Positions 21,197 to 32,173 of a stretch of 64,000 nt of DNA are shown piece by piece. The DNA is taken from assembly GCA_030295235.1 (NCBI GenBank), contig AP026162.1, positions 992,001 to 1,056,000 of the forward strand, read 5' to 3'. This DNA comes from Fistulifera solaris (taxonomy: Eukaryota). How positions within the stretch are numbered: the first letter of the stretch is position 1; each line of letters begins with the position of its first letter. The translations under genes and the position numbers were made by a program. Below the pieces are notes generated by a model. The model was not told the DNA's origin. It ran no database searches and was given only the letters and a program-made list of their open reading frames with translations.

Positions 21197-23480
21197 CTAA
21201 TCTACCTCTTCCACACTCGGGCCGTCATCGACACCATCGAGGTCTTCTCCCATAAAATCATCGTCGGCGTGAGAACCGCTGGCCGTCCCTGCACTTTCGT
21301 AGGCCTTTTTGATAATCGGGTTGACAATCGCTTCAACTTCTTTTTGTTTACTGTCGTAATCATCCTTTTCCGCAGCAGGGTGGTCTTCTAGCCATACCAA
21401 AGCGGCTTCCACCGTTTAGACAGAGTTTCTCGATCATCCTCGTTCAATTTCCTGAAAGCGAGTCATTGATTGAATTCTTCAAGTTGTACAAATACGCTTC
21501 CAGTTCATTTCTAGCCTGCACTTTGGCCCTTTCAGCTTCGTCTTGTTCGGCAAACTCTTCGGCTTCCTTTACCATTCTCTCGATCTCTTCCTCAGACAAA
21601 CGGCCTTTCTCACTTGTGATTGTCAACGTCTCGGACTTGCCAGTCCCTTTGTCAGCTAGCGGAAATACTCAGAATACCATTAGCATCAACATCGAAGCTC
21701 ACTTCGATTTGTGGAACACCTCGGGGAGCGGGAGGGATGCCACCAAGCTCAAACTGGCCTAAAAGTCGGTTCGACTTTGTCATACTTCGTTCGCCCTCAA
21801 AGACCTGGATGTTCACACCCGGTTGGTTATCTGCGTAAGTAGAAAACACTTGAGACTTTTTGACGGGAATCGTTGTACCGCGTTTGATCAGTGCTGTCAT
21901 TACTCCACCCGCAGTTTCAATTCCCAATGAGAGTGGCGCCAACATCTAAGAGCAGCACATCTTTTGTCGCATCGGAAGCGTGACCACTGAGAATACCGCC
22001 CTGAACGGCAGCACCGTAAGCCTGTTTGATAATAAACACAGATGAGAACATAAGTCAAGGTTATTAAGTGAAACAATACACAGATCTTGAGCTTCGGAAG
22101 TAACGTGATCATCAAGAGACACATGAAGGTTTTGTCCGGTAACTACATCGGCCTTCAGAATCGCACACAGTAGCCAAGCGTTACGGGTTATCGTCATCAG
22201 CTCAGCACAGAAACAAAACTACACTAAAGCGCAACGTACCACCGCTTCATCTGGATTGATTCCTTTGTTCAAAACTTTGCCACCGAAATACTCCGTCAGC
22301 ATTTCCTGAACCTTCGGTATCCGCGTAGACCCTCCAACTAAGATAATCTCGTCGACATCGTTTTTGCTCATTCCAGCATCCTTCAAAACTTGTGTGACAG
22401 GAATCATTGTCTTTTAAAGAGATCAAGGTTCAATTCTTCAAACTTAGCGCGAGAGATGGTGGTGGTAAAATCCACACCATTGGCGAGGGCATCGCAATCG
22501 ATTGTTGCCGACGTTTGCGTCGAAAGAGTTCGTTTGGCCATTTCACATTGCTTTCTCAGTCTCTGGACGGCCCGCTTGTCATCCGAAACATCAATACCGG
22601 ACTGTCGCTTGAACTGGCTGATGCAATACTCCATGAGTCTTTGATCAAAATCTTCTCCTCCCAAATGTGTATTACCAGATGTCGCGCGCACTTCAAACAC
22701 TCCATGATCGATCGATAGAAGCGTAACGTCAAATGTTCCTCCTCCCAAATCAAACACTAAAATGTTTTCTTCCCTATCCTGTTTGTCTAATCCGTACGCA
22801 ATTGCCGCAGCGGTGGGCTCATTGATGACACGGTCAATTTGTAGGCCGGCAATCTTCCCAGCATCCTTCGTCGCTTGTCGCTGAGCATCATTGAAGTACG
22901 CGGGAACGGTAACAACGGCATGCTTGACCTCACAACCCAAGTAGGTTTCGGCAGTCTCTTTCATTTTTCGCAAAACCATCGCACTGATTTCCTCCGGCGC
23001 AAACTCATATTTGCTGTGTTTCTGTTTCAGTTCATTGTCCAGTTTCAAAGTTGGTTTCCCATCTTTACCAGCAGCTATTTCGAAGGGTAGTAGTTTCTTG
23101 TCTTCCTGAACCGTTCGATCTGTAAACTTCCGGCCAATGAATCGTTTTACATCAAACAAAGTCCCCGTGGGGTTGGAGGGAGCTTGATTTTTCGCCGCAT
23201 CTCCCACCAAGCGCGAACCGTCTTTACAAAACGCCACATAGGACGGTGTGATGCGATGCCCTTGTTCGTTCGGGCAAACGTCGACTCTCCCGTTCTTCCA
23301 CACCGCCACACATGAGTAGGTCGTTCCTAAATCAATACCAATGCAGGGTCCGTCGATCGTCGAATCGGCCCCGCCCCGTAACTTCGTGACAGCATTCAGC
23401 GACTGTCTCGAGCCCCATAAGGAAGAGACATTTTGTAAGACGAGGAAAAGTAAAGTGGAAGTCAGCGATCGGGTGATCAT
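21197..23480 (-). CDS. HSP70: Hsp70 with N-terminal presequence and C-terminal EEVD (periplastid-type candidate); intron 22022-22239
   Basis: Motifs [37 protein letters not shown], and NPDEAV|AYGAA across the intron. Ends GPSVEEVD. N-terminus [20 protein letters not shown]...LRGG. Confidence 0.93.
22088..22204 (-). ncRNA. Candidate intronic box C/D snoRNA
   Basis: Box C cUGAUGA (22200-22194), D' CUGA (22158-22155), C' UUGAUGA (22115-22109), variant D CCGA (22097-22094). Terminal UGAGCU/AGCUCA complementarity. Lies in an unusually long intron. Confidence 0.6.
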
Positions 23481-24160
23481 GATGAATAGTTTATGGATGA
23501 ATACCAGTATTGAAAATGAAGCACGGTCGATTTTCGTGTCAAGGAAAAGTTCACCCCAAATATTCCACGTGGACATACATCAGGATGACGGATTTTCTGT
23601 ATACTCATTATTTATGGTAATTTGTATTCCACGTGGAAACTTATCCTCGTTCCTTTTCTGTGCGGGATTTATTGCAAGAAACGAGTGTGGTTCGCAAACC
23701 ATTTACTCCGACCAGTAAACACAAAGTATAGTGGTAGCTCGATAACTCTGTGAAAGCTTTCAAAAATAATGGACCCCTTTTGTTTTGGGGCGAGCGACTC
23801 TCCTCACGCGTACAAGTAAAGAACTGTGCGAGCCAAACGACTTAGTATCCGTGATCGAGGCGACAATCCAGTCGTGTCGAAAGTCGTCTTCACTTTGATA
23901 GTATAGTACATTTTGAGGTGCACAGTTAGGGACGACTTGTTACCTATACGTTTGATAATTGGGCAGCGGGATGAGTGTTTTCGAAATACTTTATCCATCG
24001 TTTGTGCGAGAGCAAAAGCTGGACTTCATTTCAGCGACCTAAAAAGGCGTTGTATTCATAATTGAAGGCTGTAATCAAGTCGCACCTATAACTGAGCGCA
24101 ACCTACACTTTGATAGTATAGTACATTTAGATTGCGCTTTTGTGGACGATTTTTTGCCCA

Positions 24161-24244
24161 CGGGAAACGGCGTTAAAATTCTGCCTCTCCGTAGACGCTA
24201 CGTAGAATCTTGTACTGGGAGGCAGAATTTTAACGTCCTTCCCG
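24161..24244. repeat. Inverted-repeat (MITE-like) element
   Basis: Perfect 17-bp arms CGTTAAAATTCTGCCTC (24171-24187) and GAGGCAGAATTTTAACG (24219-24235), with outer CGGGAA/TTCCCG. Confidence 0.7.
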
Positions 24245-24462
24245 ATCTTTTATTTGCATGCGATATTTTGCGAACATTCTCGTCCGCGAAGGAAAACAAC
24301 AACAAGTGCAACAATTAAAAAATGATTTCCAAGTATAGCGCTCTAGCTATTCTTCAGTGATACACAAGCATGTGAATGTTGCTTTTTCATCAATTGAAAC
24401 TGCTACACTTTAACCTTGTCTTATCCAGTCGAAGCCGATTAGCGACGCCTTTCGAGGACACC

Positions 24463-25629
24463 ATGACACCCAAACCGAACTGTTCTTTGAATGCAGCGCC
24501 ACCTTTAAGACCAACCAACCGCTGGTGTGTCACCGCGGCGTGGGATGAAGTATCCAACAGAGTAATCTCCCAGAACGTCGACTATCCAATTCAAACGATA
24601 AACGAAAAAGTTTTAGACTTGACGACAAGTCCAGATTGGATGGAGTATTTGGAGATTTCGGAACACAGATCGGAAGAGTCGGGCGGTGCAGGAGCGTACG
24701 ATAGCTTTCGATGTGATTTGATTCTACAAAGCACAGGTCAAAAACAATCGTGGCGCATATGGGGTCAGGACTTTCATCTGAATCGGATTCAAGAATCTTA
24801 TCAGTCAATTGCGAAAGATGTCAACGTCGGCTCCTTGATGGACGCTCGACACAAGTCGGAATTGATTATTCAAGAACTTTTGTCGAAAGCATCAACTTCG
24901 CCGACCCTATTACAGTTGGAGAATAACAGTTCTGGCAATGCAATGTTCCAGCTGATTCGGATGACATTGCTTTGGTCGAATGCCAACGGCGAAATAACCG
25001 TGCGGGGACATTCGTGTTGCTCCGGTTCGGCTCTTTCACTCGATGAACCTGTTCAGCCGATAGTAGTGTCAGTAGCAGCGAAACAGCATGGTAAGCAAAT
25101 AGATATGGACAGCGCCATGCCGTCTCGAGTAAATGATCCTCGACACAAAGTTGCTTCGTGGACACGTTTACGTAAGCAACTGGAGCGCCCCGAAACGTAC
25201 AAACCACCCGGTACATCAGAAGTATTGATGCTACGACCGTCGACGGACCATCGACTTGAAGTGTTAGAAGGTCTTTCAAGCAACTTCTTTGTGGTATACA
25301 AAGATGGGACGCTCCGGACTGCTAGCGACGGCGTCCTTCTGGGATATGCTCGCCATTTAGTTTTGGAATGTGCAGAAAGTTGCGGACTACGCTTCATTTC
25401 TTCCAAATCAATATTTTTGCAAGATGCGGAGCAAGGCCTATGGCAAGAAGCTTTCATTACATCGTCGTCGCGACTCATTTATCCTATTTCGAAAGTCATC
25501 ATTCATACAGACAACGAAATGGAGTTTGAAGACTACTGGACGTATGAAAGCAATGGAGAGAAAGCAAAGTGGCAGCAGCTGCTCGATGAAATACTAAAAA
25601 GGAGGAATGCCGAAATAACGACAGTGTAA
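24463..25629 (+). CDS. PLP-dependent class IV aminotransferase-like protein (D-AAT/ADC-lyase fold)
   Basis: Motifs FHLNRI, EVLEGLSSNFFVV, GVLLGYAR, EAFITSSSRLIYPI. Start codon uncertain (24376 or 24463). Confidence 0.8.
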   Translation: MTPKPNCSLNAAPPLRPTNRWCVTAAWDEVSNRVISQNVDYPIQTINEKVLDLTTSPDWMEYLEISEHRSEESGGAGAYDSFRCDLILQSTGQKQSWRIWGQDFHLNRIQESYQSIAKDVNVGSLMDARHKSELIIQELLSKASTSPTLLQLENNSSGNAMFQLIRMTLLWSNANGEITVRGHSCCSGSALSLDEPVQPIVVSVAAKQHGKQIDMDSAMPSRVNDPRHKVASWTRLRKQLERPETYKPPGTSEVLMLRPSTDHRLEVLEGLSSNFFVVYKDGTLRTASDGVLLGYARHLVLECAESCGLRFISSKSIFLQDAEQGLWQEAFITSSSRLIYPISKVIIHTDNEMEFEDYWTYESNGEKAKWQQLLDEILKRRNAEITTV

Positions 25630-25948
25630 CAACTCGGTACTGTATGACCAATCGAAGTCAAGTATCGATGTCTCTTGTTCTTTTGTTCGGTTTCGTGACA
25701 CTACTTTTAAGTCGACAAAACACAATTCCTCGTATCACCATTTGACTAGAGAAGAATTCTCGTGGTTAGTCTCTATTATCATCAAAAGGAAAAACGTACG
25801 CTAGCATGGCTTATGTGTCTATAGTATAATTCTCATTCTGTACCAGTACCATAGGAGCTTGAAGCGAAGGGTCAATAGTCTAGCAGCTACGAGTAGCATC
25901 CTTAGAGCTACTGCAATGGCATGGCTCCAAAAAAATGCTTCGTGACCA

Positions 25949-26630
25949 TGCTTCGTGACTGAAATGCAGTCGTGGTAAAGTTGAGGACACACCCTAGTCC
26001 TATAATAAATACAGAAATGTACAATCCGCAGCAAACTTTTCCGACGTCTAGCTTCGTGGCGGGCACTGCAAATGCGTCGGAGCGTATTTTTGTTGTGCAA
26101 AGGACAAATGAAGCTTCAAACGAACGTGCTGCGGCAGTTTGGGTCGGAAAAATTGTGCTTCGTGACTGATTTACAGTCCTGGAAAAAGGTAGCAGACACT
26201 TGGATCTATAGTAAATACAGAGGTCGACGATCCGCAAAGTTTTCCGACGTCTAGCTTCGTGGCGGGCACTTCAAATGCGTCGGAGCGTATTTTTGTTGTG
26301 CAAAGGACAAATGAAGCTTCAAACGAACGTGCTGCGGCAGTTTGGGTCGGAAAAATTGTGCTTCGTGACTGATTTACAGTCGTGGAAAAGGTAGCAGACA
26401 CTTGGATCTATAGTAAATGCAGAGGTCGACGATCCGCAAAGATTTTCGATGTATACCATCGTGGTGGGCACTTCGAATGCGTCGGAGCGTAGTTTTGTTG
26501 TGCAAAAGACAAATATAGCTTCGGTGATAGGAGTTTCGGAACGAAGGAGCGGTTGCAGTTTAGTTCAAAACTTTTTTCTTCGTGACTGAAATGCAGTCAT
26601 GGTAAGTTTAGGATACATGTTGGATGTATA
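25949..26630. repeat. ~205-bp tandem repeat, about 3.3 units
   Basis: CTTCGTGACTGA at 25951, 26158, 26361 and 26578. Long near-identical blocks are shared between units. Confidence 0.92.
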
Positions 26631-27207
26631 GTACGTATCTCTTGTAAAACGGAGTATACTCACTCCGTAAGGTAGACGACTACCAGTACGATAGTCACAT
26701 TTTTTCGTGTACGCAGTAAGTTACGTCGTTAGTCGTTACAACTTACAACTACAACATGTCAAGAGAATGTCTGGCATTCAACCGCTTTATTGCTTACCTG
26801 CCTACTAAAAACGAAACAACGCGCCCTCGCTCGTTGTTGACTCCGTCTGTTTCATCAACGCAATAACAACAATAGGCTTGAACTTTTTCTTTGAGGTACG
26901 AACGTGATCAGACAACAATTTTACAAATAGATTACTCGTCATTGTGACCCAGATATGGATTGCTGCTGCTTGGGGGTCGGCGATCTGTTAACCGCATGGG
27001 GCTACAATTGCGCATCCACAAGTGGACGACTTGCGGGGTCTGGGGTCGTAACAAGGGAGATTACGAAGGATGCTTTGCTTCTTCTGAAAAGAATCGTTGT
27101 TTGTGGCAATTCATTATAATTTTTCTTGTTGAGTTGGCAAAAGTAGCATCTTGACTCACCCAGCTCTCGACTTTCTTGCGCAGACTATAGAATAATACTA
27201 CATTATC

Positions 27208-27657
27208 ATGGCAGAAGAAGCCCGCGGTATTTGTGTGCGAGATGTATCCGCCACTGAATTCATCAAAGCTTACGCCGAGCATTTGAAGAACTCGGATAAG
27301 TTCGATTTGCCTGTTTGGGCCGATACTATTAAGACGGGAGTGTTCAAGGAACTTGCTCCTTACGGTGATGACTGGTATTACATCCGTGCTGCCTCCATTG
27401 CTCGACGAGTGTACCTTCGTCCTGGAGTCGGAATGGGACAACTGCAAAAGTGGTATGGAGGCTCTTACCGCCGCGGTGCCCGCACAGAACACTTCCGAAA
27501 GGCGTCATCCGGTGTCATTCGCTCGGTTCTTCTGCAGTTGGAGGAAATGAAAGTCGTAGAAAAGCTTCCCTCGGGTGGACGTCAAATCACAGTTGTAGGG
27601 CAACAAGATTTGGACCGAATTGCCGGTTCTGTTGTTGCTGCCACTGAAGAGGATTAA
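27208..27657 (+). CDS. RPS19: 40S ribosomal protein S19 (eS19)
   Basis: VRDVSATEFIKAYAEHLK, KELAPY..DWYYIRAASIAR, GQQDLDRIA. Confidence 0.97.
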   Translation: MAEEARGICVRDVSATEFIKAYAEHLKNSDKFDLPVWADTIKTGVFKELAPYGDDWYYIRAASIARRVYLRPGVGMGQLQKWYGGSYRRGARTEHFRKASSGVIRSVLLQLEEMKVVEKLPSGGRQITVVGQQDLDRIAGSVVAATEED

Positions 27658-27894
27658 ACTATAGCATTATGTTTTTCATGCACTGTTTAGGGGATTCAAC
27701 GATCTTCCATTATTTCTTCGCGACTTGAGTGCATTGATCGCGTTATACGCTCGAAAACTTAGTGCATAAACAGAGTAAGGTCTACAAGTATCCCAATAAT
27801 TTAAATTGTTATTACGACTATACTGCTAGAACTATGAAGAAAGGTTCGAGAGAGAACCTAAGAATTGGATTCTTTCAGGGACTGCAACACTGGA

Positions 27895-29946
27895 CTATTG
27901 GAGAACGCTACCGTCGCTGTTCTGCTTAGAAGACTTGATTCCTCGCCTTCTTAATTTATCGATTTTGTAGTTTGCTTTTTGAAGATGCGGATGACTTGGA
28001 CTGTATCCATGATCCGTGAAGATCCGAGCAGCTTCTGTGAAGGCATCAAGAGCTCGACTGTCCTTCTTGACAGTTTCAAAGACAAGTGCCGTGTTGAACA
28101 AAACTTCAGCGCAGTCCACGCTTTCTTTGGCGTGTCGTTGGAAGATATTCAGAGCTTCCACTAAGAATTTGAGAGAATGAGAATGATTGGCAATCTCGAA
28201 TTCGGCCACACCCAAGTGATTCAGGGTGCGGGCAATGATTGGGAATTCCGGCTGGCCAATCTTTCTGCGAACAGAAAGCTCCTGTTTGAAGATTTTTGCC
28301 GCATCAGCATGATTCTTCCTGTCTTTATTGATCAGAGCCATCTCATGCATGATTTCTGCAATCATCTCGGCATCAGTAAGAGACACAGCCTTCTTGACAA
28401 AGAGTGGTAGAGCTTCTTTCATGCACTTGAGAGCCTTCTCCAGCTGTCCGTTACGCCGCAAAACCCGACCGAGTCTGTAGTAAGTCTCTCCAACAATAAG
28501 ACTTTTTGGTCCTTGACTGGCTTTGCGCCCCCGAAGTACGCCAAGGTAAGCAATGGCTGCACGGTGGTAGTCGCTCGTTGCCTCGTACAGTTGAGCCATT
28601 CTATTGAGTACCATCGCAGATTCCTCCGAAGAGTAGCCATTGATATCTGTGTAAATCTTATACGCCTTCTTCAGTGCTTTCATTGCCTTTTCAAAGTTTG
28701 ACGAACATTCGTAAGTGGTTGCGAGAGTGCATAAGGAAGCTGCTACCGACGGGTGTCCAACACCGTGCGTCGCAGCCTTCAGTTTTACCACTTCTTCAAG
28801 AATAGCCGCAGATTTTCCAAAGTCCCCTATGGTCACATGTAATGATGCGATTTCATCAACAGTTCGCGACACTTTTTCATGAGAGTCTCCAAGTGTCTCT
28901 CTGTAAATTTTCAGGGCCCGTTTAAGTTCCTTGATGCCCTGAGCGTAATCTTTCTTCTTTCTCAACACTTGAGCTAGGAGGACGTAGCCGTCCGCAACGG
29001 ACGGATCAGTTTCTCCCAACAGAGACCGCTTCATAACGGTTGTGTGGTAGTACGTATGGATGGCTTCACTGTAGAGCCCTGCTTCCTCGTAGATACTTCC
29101 AAGACGTATCTTTGCCGCGAGGGTCGTGTCGTTATCGTCACCTAGTTTGCAGGAGTAAATCGCGACAGCATCTTTGTGTAGCTTAATTGCTTGCTCGTGC
29201 TGCCCACTCTCAAAAAGTAAATCACTTAAAGCAACGCTGATATTAGCGCATTTGACGTCATATCTTCCGCTCGACGCCATGGTTTCCTTCAATTCATTCA
29301 CTAGATAATTGCGCCTCTGTAGAAACGCTGATTCCCCAACACCATGTCCCAAGTCATCAGACTTGGCTCCACCCATGAACTGAAAGTTATCGATGTTATT
29401 TGCTGCTCTTTCAACAACAGACCCATCTCCACGACTTCCAATCTCGATCTCGCTTCCCGCGAACGAGCGTCCTCCATTCACGGAATCATAGCCCACCATT
29501 GAGGGAAGAGAGTTGAGCTCTCCCAGTAAGTTCCCTGTGCCCTCGTCTTTAGTTGAAGCCAAAGACAGACCTTCTTTCTCGTTCTCTTGGCCAGCAGTTG
29601 AACCCGTAGGACGTGTCCAACTCAACAGCGACCACGTGTTTGACTTCAGGGGCTCGACGTTCTTTTCTTTTGGCTTTGTTTCTTTCTTTACTTCGTCTGT
29701 GACCGAGTCAATGCAGGACCACAGTGAATATTTATCAACCTCTCTCTGCTTATCATGGCTATGCTCAAAGCTTGAAGATCGGTGTTCAGCATCTTCTCTT
29801 TCGCCGCCACCGTGCTCTCTCGCGTCTTCGACATGATAACGGTCGTCCACCCATGCTTTCCCCTTGTGAGCATCTCTAGAGGCCTTCATTTCCGATTTCC
29901 TTGAGGCGTAAAACGACTTATCGATGTAAGCACTTTCTGTCATCAT
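27895..29946 (-). CDS. TPR-repeat protein (kinesin light chain/nephrocystin-3-like repeats)
   Basis: 683-aa ORF with repeated ~42-aa units of the type ALKIYRETLGDSHEKV and a disordered N-terminus. Confidence 0.85.
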   Translation of the reverse strand: MMTESAYIDKSFYASRKSEMKASRDAHKGKAWVDDRYHVEDAREHGGGEREDAEHRSSSFEHSHDKQREVDKYSLWSCIDSVTDEVKKETKPKEKNVEPLKSNTWSLLSWTRPTGSTAGQENEKEGLSLASTKDEGTGNLLGELNSLPSMVGYDSVNGGRSFAGSEIEIGSRGDGSVVERAANNIDNFQFMGGAKSDDLGHGVGESAFLQRRNYLVNELKETMASSGRYDVKCANISVALSDLLFESGQHEQAIKLHKDAVAIYSCKLGDDNDTTLAAKIRLGSIYEEAGLYSEAIHTYYHTTVMKRSLLGETDPSVADGYVLLAQVLRKKKDYAQGIKELKRALKIYRETLGDSHEKVSRTVDEIASLHVTIGDFGKSAAILEEVVKLKAATHGVGHPSVAASLCTLATTYECSSNFEKAMKALKKAYKIYTDINGYSSEESAMVLNRMAQLYEATSDYHRAAIAYLGVLRGRKASQGPKSLIVGETYYRLGRVLRRNGQLEKALKCMKEALPLFVKKAVSLTDAEMIAEIMHEMALINKDRKNHADAAKIFKQELSVRRKIGQPEFPIIARTLNHLGVAEFEIANHSHSLKFLVEALNIFQRHAKESVDCAEVLFNTALVFETVKKDSRALDAFTEAARIFTDHGYSPSHPHLQKANYKIDKLRRRGIKSSKQNSDGSVLQ

Positions 29947-30340
29947 CTTGGGCCGTCTTCACTTCGCAAGTTTGTTACTTCGTTCTTGTTGGTGAACAAA
30001 CGCAAAGATGAAAACGAAAATGCCCCAAAATTTCAAATCCGATCACAATTGAGTACCGTTTCCTAAGCGCTGTCACGTGGATGGAGTTTTAGATTTAACG
30101 GGTAAGTCGCCAAAGCAAAAACAACTTGTTTCGTATAACCAGACATACATCAACTTCTTTTAAACGAGATTCTAAGGCGGTACTCATTTATCGCCGTCGC
30201 TTTATTCTCATCCGGCATACGACGGCAAGACGACGAGGACGTAAAGAAAACAGAAAACGAAAAGCGCTGACCGCGATGATTTTCGTTTCGTTGCAACTTT
30301 TATAGAAAGGAAGGCGACAATACCGTAGAGGAGACTGCAA

Positions 30341-30928
30341 ATGACGAATGCTTTTCCTGACAAAGAGATAAACGCATCAATCAGCTTCTGGTGAGTGTTG
30401 TTGTTGATTTTTTCCGCGGATGAATCATTCTGACACTCGTCGCACTTTCATTATCTTTTAGTTGTTGGTTGACATTGCTTCCGTGTACCTTTGGAGTAGT
30501 TCCATACAAGACTACCTTGCTATTAAAGCAAGAAGAAGTCACAAAGACAGATATGTAAGTAAAGGGGTTGTTGTATGAGCAGCGGATAGCAGGGGTAGTT
30601 TCTAATGTTCTTGAAAATTTTGTCGTACATTTGAATACTATTCATCAAAAGAGATCTTTGCGGTCGGCACACATCGAAACGACCTTATGGAGAGCTTGGT
30701 CATATAGAAAAGGCAAACTGTTGCTGTTTCGTAAGTGTGCGATCAGGATTTGGGGAAATATCACCGGGGTGTGGATGTGAAAAAGATACCGTGGACGAAA
30801 TCGTTTTGGAACTCAAACAACGTATGCGAGCTAGAGGTGACACGGCCCAGATTGTTCGTGCGGAGGAAACACTATCAAAGCTTGGGGAAATCGAAGCAAA
30901 GCTTGTAAGTACTTTCAATGATGTATGA
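30341..30928 (+). CDS. Small Cys-rich hypothetical protein, 3 exons (not recovered intact by the ORF track)
   Basis: Splicing GTGAGT(30391)...TAG(~30461) and GTAAGT(30555)...AAG(~30651) gives an open frame: MTNAFPDKE...FCCWLTLLPC...RPYGELGHIEKANCCCF...ISPGCGC...ELKQRMRARGDTAQI. Confidence 0.7.
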
Positions 30929-31185
30929 CCGCGGACAACAAGAAAGCCATGGTGTCTAATTTTTCGATTGTCCCAGGATGCTATTCTGTCCCATCTCAAC
31001 ATACCAGAATCTGAAATCATGACCGAACGTGGGAACTAGACTCAAAGTTTGAAAACACGGATTTCATTCGCCCGTTGTTCTAGCCTTATCGTTACGGAGC
31101 TCCTTCATGATGTACTTGAAATAGTAAACGAAAGCAGCGATCAACAGGGGGTCAACCATCTTAATAATTTAGGAAGGCTAGTAAT

Positions 31186-31528
31186 TTAAGCGTCATCTTC
31201 AGTTCGTACACGTGCGTTTCCGTTTGTAACACGGATAGCCAACTGTTCAGCACGCTCAATAATTCCTCGTCGAACTCGACTCGAGACCGACTTTCCAACA
31301 GTTGCTGCGTAAGTGCGGTTGTGCATCAAAAGCATTTCCAACTCAGATACGTTGTTGACAACAACAGTCTTAAAGCCGTGGGGATGAATGTTGCGTGTCT
31401 GTTTGTCGGAACCGTAACCGATACTGGGCATGGGGATGGCACCTTTGAAGCGACGACGAACACGTCCATCGATACCTTTGGGCTTTCTCCATGACGAACT
31501 CTGAAGACGGACGAATAGATCAGCCTGA

Positions 31529-31559
<31 letters not shown>

Positions 31560-31596
31560 CGATAGTTTTCTTATTCAAAGGAGTCGGTCCTGCCAT
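31186..31596 (-). CDS. RPL32: 60S ribosomal protein L32 (eL32); 5'-UTR intron 31614-31758
   Basis: [41 protein letters not shown] at 31596, with an upstream GTAAGA...CTACAG intron. Confidence 0.97.
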
Positions 31597-32173
31597 TTTT
31601 ATACGATGTTGATCTGTAGAAGAGGTAGGGAAGGATGAGTAAAATTCAATAAAATGAAATTCTATTTCCTCCCAAGACAACAGCACAGCAAACAGAGTCG
31701 TCCTACTGACCCAGGCGAATAGAATTGGCTATCAAAGAAAATGAAGTTAATTTCTTACCTCTCTACAAACTTCTTGACCGATAACAACTGTCTCAACCAT
31801 GTCGAGGTGAACGAAATTTTTTCAGCGTTCGTTTTAGTAACGCGGTAAAACGCTCGTTTGTCCGTATACCCGTAAAAGAATGGGTGTGTTGCAAAACGTG
31901 AAGTTCAAAATACCATGTAGGTTATAGATACCGGTACGATTTCTAGGCTAGGTCGATCTCAGCATTAGCAAGGAAATAATGATATTAGGTCTATGCTTTA
32001 TCTTAAACCACAACACCTTTAAAAAGTCTTGTACTATACGCTAAATCAAAAAAAGGTAACTGTAACTGTGTGACGAAAAGATCTCGAAAACGAACAAAGG
32101 GACCAAAAAGCTTACTAGATTTATTTGCACAAATTGAAGAGGGAAATTTTCCGGATCGCTTTGTCGAAAGCGC

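Noticed and set aside
25819..26401. Several short ORFs with repeated peptides
   Set aside because: They arise from the 205-bp tandem repeat, and frames are not preserved between units.
31597..31686. N-terminal extension of RPL32 in the ORF track
   Set aside because: It lies mostly in the predicted 5'-UTR intron and starts at a non-ATG codon; the conserved protein begins at 31596.
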